Positions 51,575-64,000 of a stretch of DNA of 64,000 bases are shown in pieces. How positions within the stretch are numbered: position 1 is the stretch's first letter; every line of letters begins with the position of its first letter. A program made the translations under genes and the position numbers. The stretch spans positions 26,970,001 through 27,034,000 of the forward strand of contig NC_135901.1 of assembly GCF_964194155.1 (NCBI RefSeq), read 5' to 3'. The notes beneath the pieces are model-generated. The model was not told the origin of the DNA. It saw only the letters and a list, made by a program, of their open reading frames with translations, and did not search any database. This DNA is from Cetorhinus maximus. Its lineage: Eukaryota.

Positions 51575-52650
51575 CAGACATATCTCTGTCCTATATTAAT
51601 TTACTGTCCCCTTAAATGTCAGCCATCTCCTGGGGAAACCACCCCTTTAATTGTGAACATTAGGAAAGAGACCATCCTTTTAGCCAGACAAATAAATGTG
51701 TCAGGCTGAGGGAGCAAAGGATGTCAATGTCTTTAAGAGAGAGAGAGAGAGAGAGACCTGGGCCAACCTTTCCAAAGTCTGCACCCTCCCTGGATTCACT
51801 TCCTTTCCCTTCAGTTCCTGCAAGTCAACAATTTCCCCCCAGAATGAGAAAAGAAATGGAAAGGGGGAGAAAAGAAAGTGTTTTACTCACAGATGTTGGA
51901 CACAGGAGGAAGTTTTAGTCTGTGTGAAGCTCAATCGTCATTCACACAAAGCCCGCGCTCTGATTGGCTGGAGGACCAGAGTCCTTCCGGTTCTCCAACT
52001 CTTTCTATTGGTCAGCTTCTCAGCATGCAGGGAAGGGGCGGGCTCTCCCCCGCACATGCGCAGCTTCCCCTCTCCCGGGTTCTCCGAGCGGCTTCTCGCT
52101 CTGGCCGGAGCCGTCAGCCGGTTGCCTGGAAACCTTGGCTCGAGGAGGTGGAGGGGGAACAATGGGTGGGGGCGGGGCTCCCGTGTCCGCGCGCCTGGCC
52201 TGCAGACTGGAACCCGAGGACGTCACCGCGGAGCAGTGTGATTCCTATTGGCTGATTCATGCACGGATTCCATTGTTGACGTCACAATGCGGAAGTTGGA
52301 CAATGAGCTTCAGACTAAAACTTCCTCCTCTGGGCAACATCTGTGAGGAAATTAATGTTTCCCCCTTTCCATTTCTTTTCTCATTCTGGGGGGAAATTGT
52401 TGACTTGCAGGAACTGAAGGGAAAGGAAGTGAATCCAGGGAGGGTGCAGACTCTGGAAAGGTTGGCCCAGGTCTCTCTCTCTCTCTCTCTTAAAGACATT
52501 GACATCCTTTGCTCCCTCAGCTTGACAGATTTATTTGTCTGACTAAAAGGATGATCCCTTTCCTAATGTTCACAATAAAAGGGGTGGTTTCCCCAGGAGA
52601 TGACTGACATTTAAGGGGACAATAAATTAATGTAGAACAGAGATTTGTTT
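51575..52650. promoter_or_regulatory. Bidirectional promoter cassette 4, the most complete copy
   Basis: Inverted arms at 51606-51868 and 52360-52620 with about 8 substitutions by eye. Core has ATTGG x3, cgcacatgcgca, ggggcggggc, gacgtcac x2 and cggaagt. Confidence 0.9.
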
Positions 52651-53565
52651 AGTGTATATTAGTAATGGTTCTTTAGTAACAGAGATAGAGTCATTACAGC
52701 ACAGAAGGAGCCCATATGGTAACTCGAGTCCATGTTGACTCTCTGCAGAGCAATCCAGTCAGTCCCATTCCCCCTTTGTATCCCCATTCTCCTGCAATTC
52801 TATCTTGTTCAAGTGCCCATTCAATTTCATTTTAAAATCATGAATTGATTCCACTTCTATCACCCCTGTATTCAGCAAGCTCCAGATCATGAACAATCAC
52901 TGCCTAAAAAAAATTTATCTTCAGATTTTCCCTGTCTCTCTGATCAGGAAATATACTTATATGAAGATTTTCACATCTTGGATAGGAAGTAATGAGTTGC
53001 ATCTGCGAATCAGCATGAATCAGCCCCTTCAGGAGAATTGGGAGGGTGTATATTAGGGACAGCAGAGTGAGAATGGAGGCAGACTGCGTGGGATGGGGAT
53101 TTGCAACTTTTGGGGAATGAGAGAGAAAAGAATGTTCCACAGAAACTAGAATTGCCTGTTCTGAATTTCTATCCTGTACTGATGACTTTTGTAAATTCCT
53201 TTTACAGGATGTTAGAAGGGGAGGATTTACAGACAGAAATCTCAAACCAAACATCACATCAAGATCTGACAGAGTCACTCAATTCCTCAAGACCTGAATA
53301 TCATCAGCCTTTGACTCTGGGAGAAATGTTTTTCTGTTCTTTCTGCTTCATAAAATTTCAAACATCAGTGTGACTGAAAAACACCGAGACACACACACCC
53401 GAGTGAGAGTGTTCCAGTGCACTGACTGTGAAAAGAGCTTTAACCAGTTATATAGACTGAGAAAACATCACCATTCACAGCGGGGAGAAACCGTACACGT
53501 GTTCTCTGCGTGAACGAAGCTTCAACTAATCATCGACCCTGGAGAGACACAAGGACACCCGCACC

Positions 53566-53820
53566 ATGGAGAAACCATGGAAATGTGGGGACTGTGGGAA
53601 GGGATTCAAATCCCCATCTGCACTGGACACCCATCGACGCATTCACACCGGGGAGAGGCCATTCATCTGCTCTGTGTGTGGGAAGGGATTCACTAAGTCA
53701 TCGAACCTGCTGACACACAAGCGAGTTCACACCGGGGAGAGGCCGTTCATCTGCTCCGTGTGTGGGAAGAGATTCACTGAGTCATCCAGCCTGCGGAGAC
53801 ACCAGAAACTTTTCAACTAA
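53566..53820 (+). CDS. Short C2H2 zinc-finger ORF, 2 intact fingers and 1 incomplete (G8); possibly a pseudogene
   Basis: 84-aa ORF with accATGg start, followed directly by the family 3' UTR. Confidence 0.7.
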   Translation: MEKPWKCGDCGKGFKSPSALDTHRRIHTGERPFICSVCGKGFTKSSNLLTHKRVHTGERPFICSVCGKRFTESSSLRRHQKLFN

Positions 53821-54254
53821 ATACAGATTTTGGATTTTGCTGTTATTGCTGCTGTTAATCTCATCCAGGACTGAACCACGTTCATTCTGACACTTGGTGA
53901 AGTGGGAGGGTCGGAGGGTTTCTTTCTGCTAGACTGGCCGGTCTCATGATTTTGCTTCCAGTGGCTGATGCTCTTTGAGACTTGTTGCGAATATCTAGTT
54001 TCATATTTCATATGAATTACAGAATGAAAGGGTGTTTGGAATGGAAAAGATATTTAGTTTGAAACTGTTTGGAACTCCCCAGAGCATGCCGGGTTGCCAT
54101 GAAGATGGGCTGTGCTAGTTGGAAGGTTCTTTTGTTTAATTTATCCGGGTGTTTCTCACAGAAGGAAACTACAAAGGTACCAGTCTAAGCTGCCTGTGGT
54201 AGATTGGAAAACTACATTAAAAGTTATGATGCTAGACAGACAATTTAAGGAATG

Positions 54255-54358
54255 CAGAGGTAGTGGTTCAGCGGTATTGTCACTCGACCAGTAATCCAGA
54301 GACACAGGGTAATGCTCTGGGGTCGTGGGTTCGAATCTCACCATGGCAGATGGTGCAG
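54255..54358 (+). mobile_element. tRNA-SINE head fragment, same family as 7155-7525
   Basis: gtattgtcactcgaccagtaatccagagac...gggttcgaatctcaccatggcagatggtg. Confidence 0.65.
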
Positions 54359-54364
54359 TCCCTT

Positions 54365-54612
54365 CTAACTGTGAACTATAACTTGTATCTAAACAGGGTG
54401 TCCTGGAACACCTGGTGCTCTGACCCCTTCCTGACCTTAACAACAGTTTTTTTTCCTTAAAACTACATTACAGTATCTGGAACTTAAAGAGACAGGCACT
54501 TGAAGACTTTTCATCACTAAGCTGACATACAGTACAATTTGATAATGTAAGCCTTATTAATTACACAAATGTGTCATTGAAGTGAAATCTAACAGCCAAC
54601 ACTGATAAAGTA
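54365..54612. repeat. Unidentified ~250-bp repeat, inverted homologue of 27605-27850
   Basis: tatctaaacagggtgtcctggaacacctggtgctctgaccccttcctgaccttaaca is shared. Both copies give YNLYLNRVSWNTWCSDPFLTLT in the ORF track. Confidence 0.7.
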
Positions 54613-54743
54613 TTGATAATGTTCATTTTGACACTTGGTGAATTGGGAGGGTCAGAGGGTTTCTTTCTGCTGGACTGACTGGTCTCGTGACTTTGCTTCC
54701 AGTGGCTGATGTTCTTTGAGCCTGGGAGTGCACATTTCCACTA

Positions 54744-56140
54744 AACATAAGAACATAAGAACTAAGAGCAGGAGGAGGCAATTCAGCCTCTCGAGCCTGC
54801 CCCGCCATTCATTATGATCATCGCTGATCTCATTTCAGCCTCAGCTCCAAGTTCCCGCCCTCTCCCCATAACCTTTCAACCCATTACTAATTAAAAATCT
54901 GTCTGTCTCCTCCTTCAATTTATTCAGCGTCCCGGCATCCACTGCACTCTGAGGTAGTGAATTCCACAGATTCACGACCCTTTGAGAAAAATAATTCCTT
55001 CTCATCCCTGATTTAAATCTACTGCCCCTTAGCTTAAAACTATGGCCTTTCATTCTAGAATGCCCCAGAAGGGGAAACATCCGCTCCACGTCTACTTTGT
55101 CTATCCCCTTTAGCATCTTATATACCTCAATTAGATCTCCTCTCATCCTTCTAAACTCTCACGAGTACAGGCCTAAACTGCTCAATCTCTCCTCATAAGA
55201 CAAGCCCCACATCTCTGAAATCAATTTAGTGAACCTCCTCTGAACCACCTCCAGTGCAACTGCATCCTTCCTCAAGTAAGGGGACCAAAACTGTGCACAG
55301 TACTCCAGGTAAGGTCTCACCAATGCCTTGCACAATTGAAACAGTTCCCTATTTTTATACTTTATTTCTTTAAAATGCCAAAATTCCATTTGCCTTCTTT
55401 ATTACCTGCTGTACCTGCACACTAACTTTCAGCGATTCATGCATGAGGACTCCCAGATCCCTCTGCACTGAAGCATTCTGAAGTTTCTCTCCATTTAAAT
55501 AATAAGTCGCCTTTTTATTCTTCCAACCAAAATAGATAACCTCACATTTATCCACATTAAACTCCATCTGCCACATTTTGGCCCATTCACCTAACCTGTC
55601 CATATCCATTTGTAAATTTCTTATTTCTTCATTGCTACTTACTTTCCCACCTATTTTGGTGTCATCTGCAAATTTAGCTATTGTACCTTCTGTCCCTGAA
55701 TCCAAGTCATTAATATAGATTGTAAATAGTTGGGGCCCAAGGACCGAACCCTGTGGCACCCCACTAGTTACAGCTTGCCATCCAGAAAAAGACCCATTTA
55801 TCCTGACTCTCTGCTTTCTGTTGGTTAGCCAATCCTCTAGCCAAGCTAATATATTACCCCCAACTCCGTGTGATCTTATCTTGTTTATTAATCTTTTGTG
55901 CGTCGCCTTATCGAAGGCCTTCTGGAAGTCCAGGTATACCACATCTACAGGATACCCATTATCCACTTTGCTTGTCACATCTTCAAAGACACTCTAGCAA
56001 ATTAGTCAAACACGATTTAGTCTTCATAAAACCTCTGATGGATTGCATTTTGACTTTGCAAATGCCCCATTACTACTTCCTTAATAATGGATTCCAACAA
56101 TCTCCCAACGACAGATGTTAAACTAACTGGTCTATAGTTT
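54744..56140 (-). mobile_element. CR1 LINE, 5'-truncated, inserted in a ZNF 3' flank
   Basis: RT ORFs 55370-55978, 55159-55389 and 54841-55146. Tail (cataagaa)n at 54744-54760. Confidence 0.9.
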
Positions 56141-57309
56141 TGCAAAAGCTGATGAAGTACATGTGTTTTATCCTGGATAGTAAATAGTGTTTTCCCTACC
56201 ACTACAGGTAGATCTAAAATAAATACATTTGTCTCTGTTCCATTGAGTCTACAGCACAGGGCCAGGCCAGTCGGCTCAATTGGTCTCTGTAAGTATTTAT
56301 GCTCCACATGAGCCTCCACCCACCCCTCTTCATCTCCCCCATCAGCATATCCTTCTACTCCTTTCTCCCTCATGTATGTATCGAGCTTCCACTTAAATGT
56401 ATTCATGCTATTCACCTCAACCACTTGCTGTGGTAGCGAGTTCCACATTCTCACCACTCGCTGGGTAAAGAGGTTTCTCATGAAATCCCTATTGGATTAT
56501 TGAAACCCTTCATCATCTTAAAGACTTCCATCAGGTCACCCTTCAGTCTTCTCTTTTCTAGAGAAAAGCAGCCCCAGCCTTTCCTGAGGATTAAATGCTC
56601 TCAGTTCTGGGATTATTCTTGTGAATCTTTGTTGCCCCTTCTCTCGTGCCTCTATTTCCTTTTTCTAAATGGAGATCACATATGTTGACAGTGCTCCCAG
56701 TGTAGTCTAACCATGGTTCGAAACAAGTTGAACATAACCTCCCTGCTTTCAATTCTATCCCTCGAGAATGTAACCCTATATCTGGGCCCCACACTTTAGG
56801 AAAGACGTGAAGTTCTTAGAGAAGGTGCAGAGGAGATTGACGAGAATGGCCCCAGGGATGAGGGACTTCAGTTAGTTGGAGAGACTGGAGCAGCTGAAAT
56901 TGTTCTTCTTAGATCACAGAGTCATTCGAGTAGAGATGGAGTCCATTCAGCCCATCGTGTCAATGCCGGCTCACTGCAGAGCAAACCAGTCAGTCCCATT
57001 GCCTCGTTCTATCCCTGTCGCTCTGAAAATTTATTTCCCACAACTGCCCATCCAGTTTCCTTTTGAAACCGTCACTGTCTCTGCTTCCACCCACCTCACA
57101 GACAGCGAGTTCCAGGTCATTACCACTCACTGTGTAAAGACATTCCTCCTCAAATCCCCCCATATTGTTTCATTTTCATTCTTTCATGGGGTGTGGGTGA
57201 GCTGCCTTCTTGAACCACTACAGTCCACGTGGTGTAGGTACATCCACAGTGCGGTTAGGGAGGGAGTTCCAGGATTTTGACCCAGTGACAGTGAAGGAAC
57301 AGTGATGTA

Positions 57310-57885
57310 GATATATCTCCTGTACAAGACCTTAAATCTGTGTCCCCCTCGTCCTTGTACCATCAGTGAATGGGAACAGCTTTTCTTTGTCCACCTTATC
57401 TAAACCTGTCAGAATCTTGTACACCTCTATCAAATCTCCCCTCAACCTCCTTTACTCCAAGGAGAACAACCCCAGCTTCTCCAACCTAACCTTGTGGCTA
57501 AAATCCCTCATCCCGGGAACCATTCTGGTAAATCTCCTCTCCACCCTCTCAGGGACCCTCATATCCTTCCTAAAGTGTGGTGACCAGAACTGGACTCAAT
57601 ACTCTAGTTGTGGCCTAACCAGAGCTTTATAAAGGTTCAGCAAAACTTCCCTGCTTTTGTTCTCAATCCCACTATTTCTGAAGCCCAAGATCCCATGTGC
57701 TTTGCTAATTCCTCTCTCACTCTGTCCTGCCAGCTTCAATGATCTCTGCACATGAACCCCCAGGTCCCTCTATCCCTGCTCACTCTTTAGAACTGGGCCA
57801 TTAAGTCTATATTTCCTCTCCCTACCCCCTCTGCCAAATTACATCACCTCACACTTCTCTGTATTAAATTCCATCTGCCACTTCA
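57310..57885 (-). mobile_element. CR1 3' fragment
   Basis: Reverse complement encodes LYKALVRPQLEY.VQFWSPHFRKD and LFSLE.RRLRGDLIEVYK. Confidence 0.8.
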
Positions 57886-58373
57886 GAGAATGTTGAGGGG
57901 AGATTTAAGTGTTAAACTAAACATTCAGAGAAGAGGAGGCACTGCTTTCTTTAATATGTCACCCACAATTGAAGATGATCCCCTCCCTTTAAATGCACAA
58001 GACTCATAGAGCACAGGAGGAGGCCATTCGGCCCATCATGCTCCTGCTGGCTCTTTGAAAGAGCTGTCCAATTAATCCCATCACCCTGCAATTTTCTTTT
58101 CCTTTCAAGAATCTGTCCCATTCCCTTCTGAAAGATACAGTTGAATTTGCTTTCAGCGCGTTTTCAGGCAGTGAATTCCAAATCACAACAACTCACTGTG
58201 ATTTTTAAAACAAAAAATTCCTCATCTTGGATGTGGTGTGTTTGGATTTTCAAAAAGCGTTCAGAAAGGTGTCAAACAGGAGGTTAATACACAAAATGAG
58301 CTCTCAATCTCTGTGAATGATTTCGATGAGGGACTGAGTGTAATGTCTCCAAGTTTGCTGACAATTAAACAAG

Positions 58374-58833
58374 GACTTGCATTTCTATAGCGCCTTTCAC
58401 GACCACAGGACATCCCAAAGCGCTTTACAGCCAATGAAGTACTGTTGAGGTGTAGTCACTGTTGTAATGTAGGAAACATAGCAGCCAATTTACACACAGC
58501 AAGATCCCACAAACAGCAATGTGATCATGACCAGATGACCTGTTTTTAGTGATGTTGATTAAGGGATGGATATTGACCAGGACAACGGGGATAACTCCCT
58601 TGCTCTACTTTGAAAGAGTGTCCATGGGATCTTTCACATCCACCTGAGAGGGCAGACAGGGCTGGCAGTTTAACATCTCATTCGAAAGAAGGTTGCACTG
58701 ACAGTGCAGCACTCCCTCAGTGCTGGCACTGGGAATGTTGGCTTTGATTTTTGTTGTCAGGTCCCAGGAGTGGGACTTGATCCCACAGCCTCCTGACCCA
58801 GAGGTGAGAATGTTACCCACTGAGCCACGGCTG
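58374..58833 (-). mobile_element. Full-length DeuSINE/SacSINE1-like tRNA SINE
   Basis: Head gccgtggctcagtgggtaac...gtgggatcaagtcccac and tail gaaaggcgctatagaaatgcaagtc. Confidence 0.88.
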
Positions 58834-58834
58834 A

Positions 58835-60712
58835 CACTATAGACAATACAAAGTTAGAAACGGAAAGTTACCCTTTGCCTCCAGTGTCTAAATCTAATAA
58901 AATCCCCAGTATAAATAACAAGTGTTTGAGTGACAAATGTTGAAGTGTTGGTTCAGAGCCACAAGTTTCCACTTCCCATTTGAGCCTCCAGCACCTTTCT
59001 GTCTCTCTATTGCTCGTGACTGTGACAGCCAGGCGACGGAGCTGAGGGCTGAGTTTAGCTGAGAATAACGGGGCCTGCGCCCCAGTTGGGAAACTGCCAT
59101 GGGCGTCGCACTGATAGAGAGACAGGAAGGTGCTGGAGGACTGACTGGGAAATGGGCCTCCAACCAATCAGAGCACAGGAGGGGGTGAACGTGGCTGATG
59201 GTGACCTGACCCCGGGGTTCAGTGCCCCTGTGTCCAAAGCGGGGAGTCATGGGAACAGGTTACAGAGGAGCCGAAGAGAAACCATTTGGGTCCAGAACAT
59301 TGTACACATCCTTTTACTCTGGTTGTCTTTGATTCTCAAGTAATTTCCTGTTTATTAATCACATTCTGTTTCATTAATAAACTTTTATCAATAAAAACAT
59401 ATGTTTTTTGGACTTTTCATGATTAGATTTCTGCACTTGAGGGAAGTGGGTGAGAGAGGTTGGCAGGTTCTTTAACAGAAAGTGAGTCCCTCTAAGGTAA
59501 TTGGCAAAGGAGCCAGAGGGGGAGATGAGATTTTATTTTTGACACAGCGATGTTAGGAAATGGAGTTCAGGGAGTCAATTAACCCTTTATCCCCTTTTCC
59601 AAACTCTGAAATGATTCACAGTGATAACCCTTATTGGTGAGAGTGGTTAGATTTTATTCAGTATAAATAAGACCTGACACATCTCATGTCTGAGCAGTAG
59701 TATCAAAGTGCAGCAGCATTACCATTACACTCTGGGTAGAAGCACCATCTCCACGTAAATGCTCCCTGCTCTGCCCCAGATGCCATGGCACCAGTCAATG
59801 CAATATGTAAAACCTCTACAAATCTCTGTGCTCGGGGAATCCCTTCTGATACTTTTTTACATCACAAAGGCTATGGAGACTGATTTAACCCAATAATTGC
59901 TGAGCTAACATTTGAACGGACCAATTACAAAACCTGTCATTGAACCATTTGTACCTGCCCAAGCCATGCCAAACTCTCAAACAATTGGCTTCCCACGCTC
60001 TGTCCCCGGTACAGGGAGTCAGCATTCCCATGCCAAGCAGTGAAAACATGGTGGCCTTGACACCCAGGTGTCATCTAGGATTCAAGGCACTCTTGCTTTC
60101 TCTGTCCTCTGGGAGCTGTTCATCTCCCTGTTCCCACATAGCAAGTTGTCTGTTCTCAGCTCTGCCAGATTTCTGCTAAAGTTTGGCCCCTTTTACACCT
60201 TTCGGATCAATAAAACATTTGGTCAATGAAGACCCAAACCACAATTTCCCATCCTGTCACCTGTCAACCATCCTCACCCAGAGAGTAATCACAACAGGAA
60301 TAAAAACAGGAGAAGTGTAACAATCAAATTAAAAATAAGTGCACAGCCAGCCATAGTTTTTAATTCAGTGTTCACTAATTAGCAAGAAAACCCGAAGTAG
60401 GGGGTCCCCCAGGATTCTTACAGTCCACACCTTGAGGGGGAGGAGAACTCTCTCTCCGACCCCTCACTCAATTTCACTCCGTTATTTTCCAGTTCTGTTC
60501 TGGCCCCGCCTGGGGTAACATCTACTCGATCTTGTCTTCTCCTGAAGGAGCACCGTGAATTCTAGGTTACTCGTACATAAGGACATATGCTTCAAGCAAC
60601 AGATCAAGCCTGGATGTAAAAGATTCTCCAGCTCTCTCCTTACCCCTGACCAACGTGTGGACAGTTCTCCCTCAGGATTATTTCTCCCAAGTGCTTAATT
60701 GTCCCAATCCAT
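58835..60712. repeat. Spacer module X, copy 3 (inverted)
   Basis: Reverse complement of ~29080-30975. Confidence 0.85.
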
Positions 60713-60734
60713 TTTTTTTTTTTATTGATTCAGT

Positions 60735-61550
60735 TCAATATTTATTGCCCATCCCTATTGCAATTGAGAAGGTGGTAGTGAGCTGCCTTCTTGAACCGCT
60801 GCAGTACATGTGGTGTAGATGCACCCGCAGTGCTGTTAGGGAGGGAGTTCCAGGATTTTGACCCAGCGACAGTGAAGGAACGGTGACATATTTCCAAGTC
60901 AGGATAGTGAGTGGCTTGGAGGGGAACTTCCAGGTGGTGGTGTTCTCATGCGTCTGCTGCCTTTGTCCATCTAGATGTAATGGTCGTGGGTTTGGAAGGT
61001 GCTGTCTGAGGAGCCTTGGTGAGTTCCTACAGTGCATGTTGTAGATGGTACAACCTGCTGCCATTGTTCGTTGGTGGTGGAGGGAGTGAATGTTTGTGGA
61101 TGTGGTGCCAATCAAGTGGGCTGCTTTGTCCTGGATGGTGTCAAGCTTCTTAAGTGTTGTTGGAGCTGCACTCATCCAGGCAAGTGGAGTTTATTGCATC
61201 ACACTGCTGACTTGTGCCGGGTAGATGGTGGACAGGCTTTGGGGGAGTCAGGAGGTAATTTACTCGCTGCAGGACTCCCAGCCTCTGACCTGATCTTGGA
61301 GCCACAATGTTCATATGGCTAGTCCAGTTCAGTTTCTGGTCAATGGTAACCCCCAGGATGTTGATAGTGGGAGATTCAGCGATGGTAATGTCATTGAATG
61401 TCAAGAGGCGATGGTTAGATTCTCTCTTGTTGGAGATGGTCATTGCCTGGCACTTGTCAGCTCTGGCCTGGATATTGTCCAGGCCCTGCTGCATTTGGAC
61501 GCGGACTGCTTCAGTATCTGAGGAGTCACCGAATGGCGCTGAACATTGTG
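60735..61550 (-). mobile_element. Non-LTR retrotransposon 3' fragment (CR1/Jockey group, distinct family) inserted in the G9 3' UTR
   Basis: INILGVTIDQKLNWTSH and MSAAPTTLKKLDTIQDKAAHLI RT C-terminal motifs. A small piece also occurs at 57180-57300. Confidence 0.8.
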
Positions 61551-61603
61551 TGGTCCTGGATGAGATTAACAGCAGCAATAACAGCAAAATCCAAAATCTG
61601 TAA

Positions 61604-62446
61604 TCACTTGTGAACTTTCTGGTGTCTCCGCAGGCTGGAGGACTGAGTGAATCCCTTCCCACACTCGGAGCAGATGAACGGTCTCTCCCCGGTGTGAACT
61701 TGGTGGTGTATCAGCAGGTGGGATGACTGAGTGAATCCTTTCCCACACTCTGAACAGGTGAACGGCCTCTCTCCATTGTGAACTCGCTGGTGTATTTGTA
61801 GGGTGAATGACACACGGAATCCCTTCCCGCACACCGTGCAGATGAACGGCCTCTCTCCAGTGTGAACTCGTTGGTGTGCCAGCAGGTGAGATAACTGAGT
61901 GAATCCCTTCCCACACACAGAGCAGGTGAGCAACCGCTCCGTGGTGTGAAATCGCTGGTGTTTCAGCAAGCTGGATGAATCACAGAATCCCTTCCCACAC
62001 ACAGAGCAGGTGAATGGCCTCTCCCCAGTGTGAACCCGCTGGTGTGCCCGCAGGCTGCATAACCGACTGAGTCCCTTCCCACACTCAGAGCAGGTGAACG
62101 GCCTCTCCCCGGTGTGAAGTCGCTTGTGTCTCAGCAGGTGGGCTGACTGAGTGAATCCCTTACCACACGCAGAGCAGGTGAATGGCCTCTCCCCAGAATG
62201 AACCCGCTGGTGTGTCTGCAAATCCCATGAGTGAGTGAATCCCTTCCCACATTCAGAGCAGGTGAATGGCCTCTCCCCAGTGTGAACTTGCTGGTGTCTC
62301 AGCAGGTGGGATGACAGAGCGAATCCCTTCCCACACTCAGAGCAGGTAAATGGCTTCTCTCCAGTGTGTGTGTATCGATGAATCTTCAGCTCAGATGGAA
62401 AGCGGAATCCCTTCCCACAGTCCCCACATTTCCACCGTTTCTCCAT
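61604..62446 (-). CDS. C2H2 zinc-finger protein, 10 fingers (G9)
   Basis: 280-aa tandem finger ORF with accATGg start. Confidence 0.9.
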   Translation of the reverse strand: MEKRWKCGDCGKGFRFPSELKIHRYTHTGEKPFTCSECGKGFALSSHLLRHQQVHTGERPFTCSECGKGFTHSWDLQTHQRVHSGERPFTCSACGKGFTQSAHLLRHKRLHTGERPFTCSECGKGLSRLCSLRAHQRVHTGERPFTCSVCGKGFCDSSSLLKHQRFHTTERLLTCSVCGKGFTQLSHLLAHQRVHTGERPFICTVCGKGFRVSFTLQIHQRVHNGERPFTCSECGKGFTQSSHLLIHHQVHTGERPFICSECGKGFTQSSSLRRHQKVHK

Positions 62447-63334
62447 GGTGTGGGTGTCCTTGTGTCTCTCCAGGTTCGACGATCAGTCACACTAATGCTT
62501 AAAATCTTCTGCAGCAGATAGAACTCACAAACCTTTCTCCCATGTTTAAAGCTGATGATATTCAGGTCCGAAGAATTGAGTGATTTTGTCAGATCATGAG
62601 ACGATGTTTGGTTTGAGATTTCTGTCTGTAAATCCTCCTCTTCTAATATCCTGTAAAAGGAATTTACAAAAGTCATCACTGTCAACACAGGATAGAAACT
62701 CAGAACAGACAATTCTAGTTTCTATGGAACATTCTTTCCTCTCTTGTTCCCCAAAATCTGTAAATCTCCGTCCCACACATTGTCCCTCCATTCTCACTCT
62801 GATGTACCTAATATATGCCCTTCTAATTCTCCTGAAGGTACCATTTCATGCTGGTTGACAGGTCTATGCTCACCACTTCCTGTCCAGGAAACCTGAAAAT
62901 CTTCATGCTGACAGCCACATTAATGTTTATATATAGTTATAAATTACCGGTCTAAATATGTGTGTAATCTACAGTCCGGTATTACTTGATTCAAAATACA
63001 AGGAGGATGTGAGAAAGAACTTTATTTAGGCAGTGTCATGAATTCGATTCGCTGCACATGAAGATGGTGCAAGCAAAAATTATCAGTGCTTTCAAAATGA
63101 AATGGGATGGGAACTTGAAGGAAATAAACTTGCAGGAGAAGGGGGTATATGGGGGGAATGGGACCGACTGGATTGTTCTACAGAGAGTCGGCATGGACTC
63201 GAGTTGCCGAATGGGCTCCTTCTGTGCTGTAATGACTCTGTGACTGGAAATAAATAGCACGCTACAGTATTGTATTGTAATATAAAATATACTTTATTAC
63301 AGAACCATAAATAATATATCTAATATGATATAAC

Positions 63335-64000
63335 AACACTAGACATATCTCTGTCCTATATTAATTTACTGTCCCCTTAAATGTCAGCCATCTCCTGGGG
63401 AAACCACCCATTTAATTGTGAACATTAGGAAAGAGACCATCCTTTTAGCCAGACAAATAAATATGTCAAGCTGAGGGTGCAAAGGATGTCAATGTCTTTA
63501 AGAGAGAGAGAGAGACCTGGGCCAACCTTTCCAGAGTCTGCACCCTCCCTGGATTCACTTCCTTTCCCTTCAGTTCCTGCAAGTCAACAATTTACCCCCA
63601 GAATGAGAAAAGAAATGGAAAGGGGGAGAAAAGAAAGTGTTTTACTCACAGATGTTGGACACAGGAGGAAGTTTTAGTCTGTGTGAAGCTCAATCTTCAT
63701 TCAAAGAGAGAGGAGGAGCAGCAGCAGCTTTGCTGGGCAGTGATGAGCAGGTGAACAAGCTCATTGTCCAACTTCCGCATTCCGACAATGGGAGAAGCGC
63801 TGATTGGCTGGAGGACATAAGTCCTTCCGGTCGTCCAGCCTTTCCCGTTGGTCAATCCACCGCACTAAGACAATGAGGAAGCGGAACCAGAGCCCACGTG
63901 GGAGAGACTTTGACCAGCAGCCGCGCTGAGCTGTTGTCCAATCCGCAGTATTTTCTCTCTGTAACCAGTGCTATTGCTCCCAATGGGACACTGGGTGCTG
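63335..64000. promoter_or_regulatory. Cassette 5: standard arm joined to a different, related promoter core; runs off the window
   Basis: The arm matches the others up to aagctcaatcttcattca (~63703), then diverges. It keeps gattggctggaggac...gtccttccggtc.tccag and aagctcattgtccaacttccgcatt. Confidence 0.75.

Noticed and set aside
51606-52620. Promoter cassette as a DNA transposon or MITE with TIRs
   Set aside because: No sharp termini, TSD or transposase. Inverted homology fades into the introns and continues to the genes. Not fully excluded without a genome-wide search.
53101-53565. KRAB domain upstream of the fingers
   Set aside because: No VTF.DVAV.F...EW-like motif in any frame I read or in the ORF track.
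58770-58833. tRNA gene candidates with A/B boxes (also ~11880-11950, 7430-7525, 54255-54358)
   Set aside because: They continue into SINE bodies and show no convincing cloverleaf.

Overview
Eukaryotic, vertebrate DNA. The repeat families suggest a cartilaginous fish (inference): CR1-group LINEs, SacSINE1/DeuSINE-like tRNA SINEs, and Penelope-type termini. The window is a tandem cluster of finger-only C2H2 zinc-finger genes, with nine copies starting MEK(P/R)W(K/R)C plus one decayed 3' remnant. They sit in repeated head-to-head pairs: 4672-/7970+, 19036-/25438+, 34288-/37844+ and 47299-/53566+, with 61604- lacking a visible partner. Each pair diverges from one asymmetric CpG-rich promoter core (CCAAT, GC box, NRF1-like, CRE and ETS motifs) enclosed by near-identical inverted arms of ~260 bp that carry small leader exons. 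Gene lineages do not track the side of the core they sit on, which suggests the cassette inverts or is swapped by recombination between arms. Every gene has a leader made of an ancestral N-terminal peptide and up to three disabled fingers, and translation appears to restart at a Met created in a finger linker. The tail-to-tail spacers hold a repeated unexplained ~2.4 kb module with a related promoter and a hairpin. They also hold a Gmr1-like (INT-before-RT) Gypsy element, GalEa-like Copia LTRs that replace two genes' 3' ends, and many CR1 fragments and SINEs. Two degenerate hammerhead-like motifs are also present. Coordinates of decayed repeats are approximate and identities were estimated by eye.
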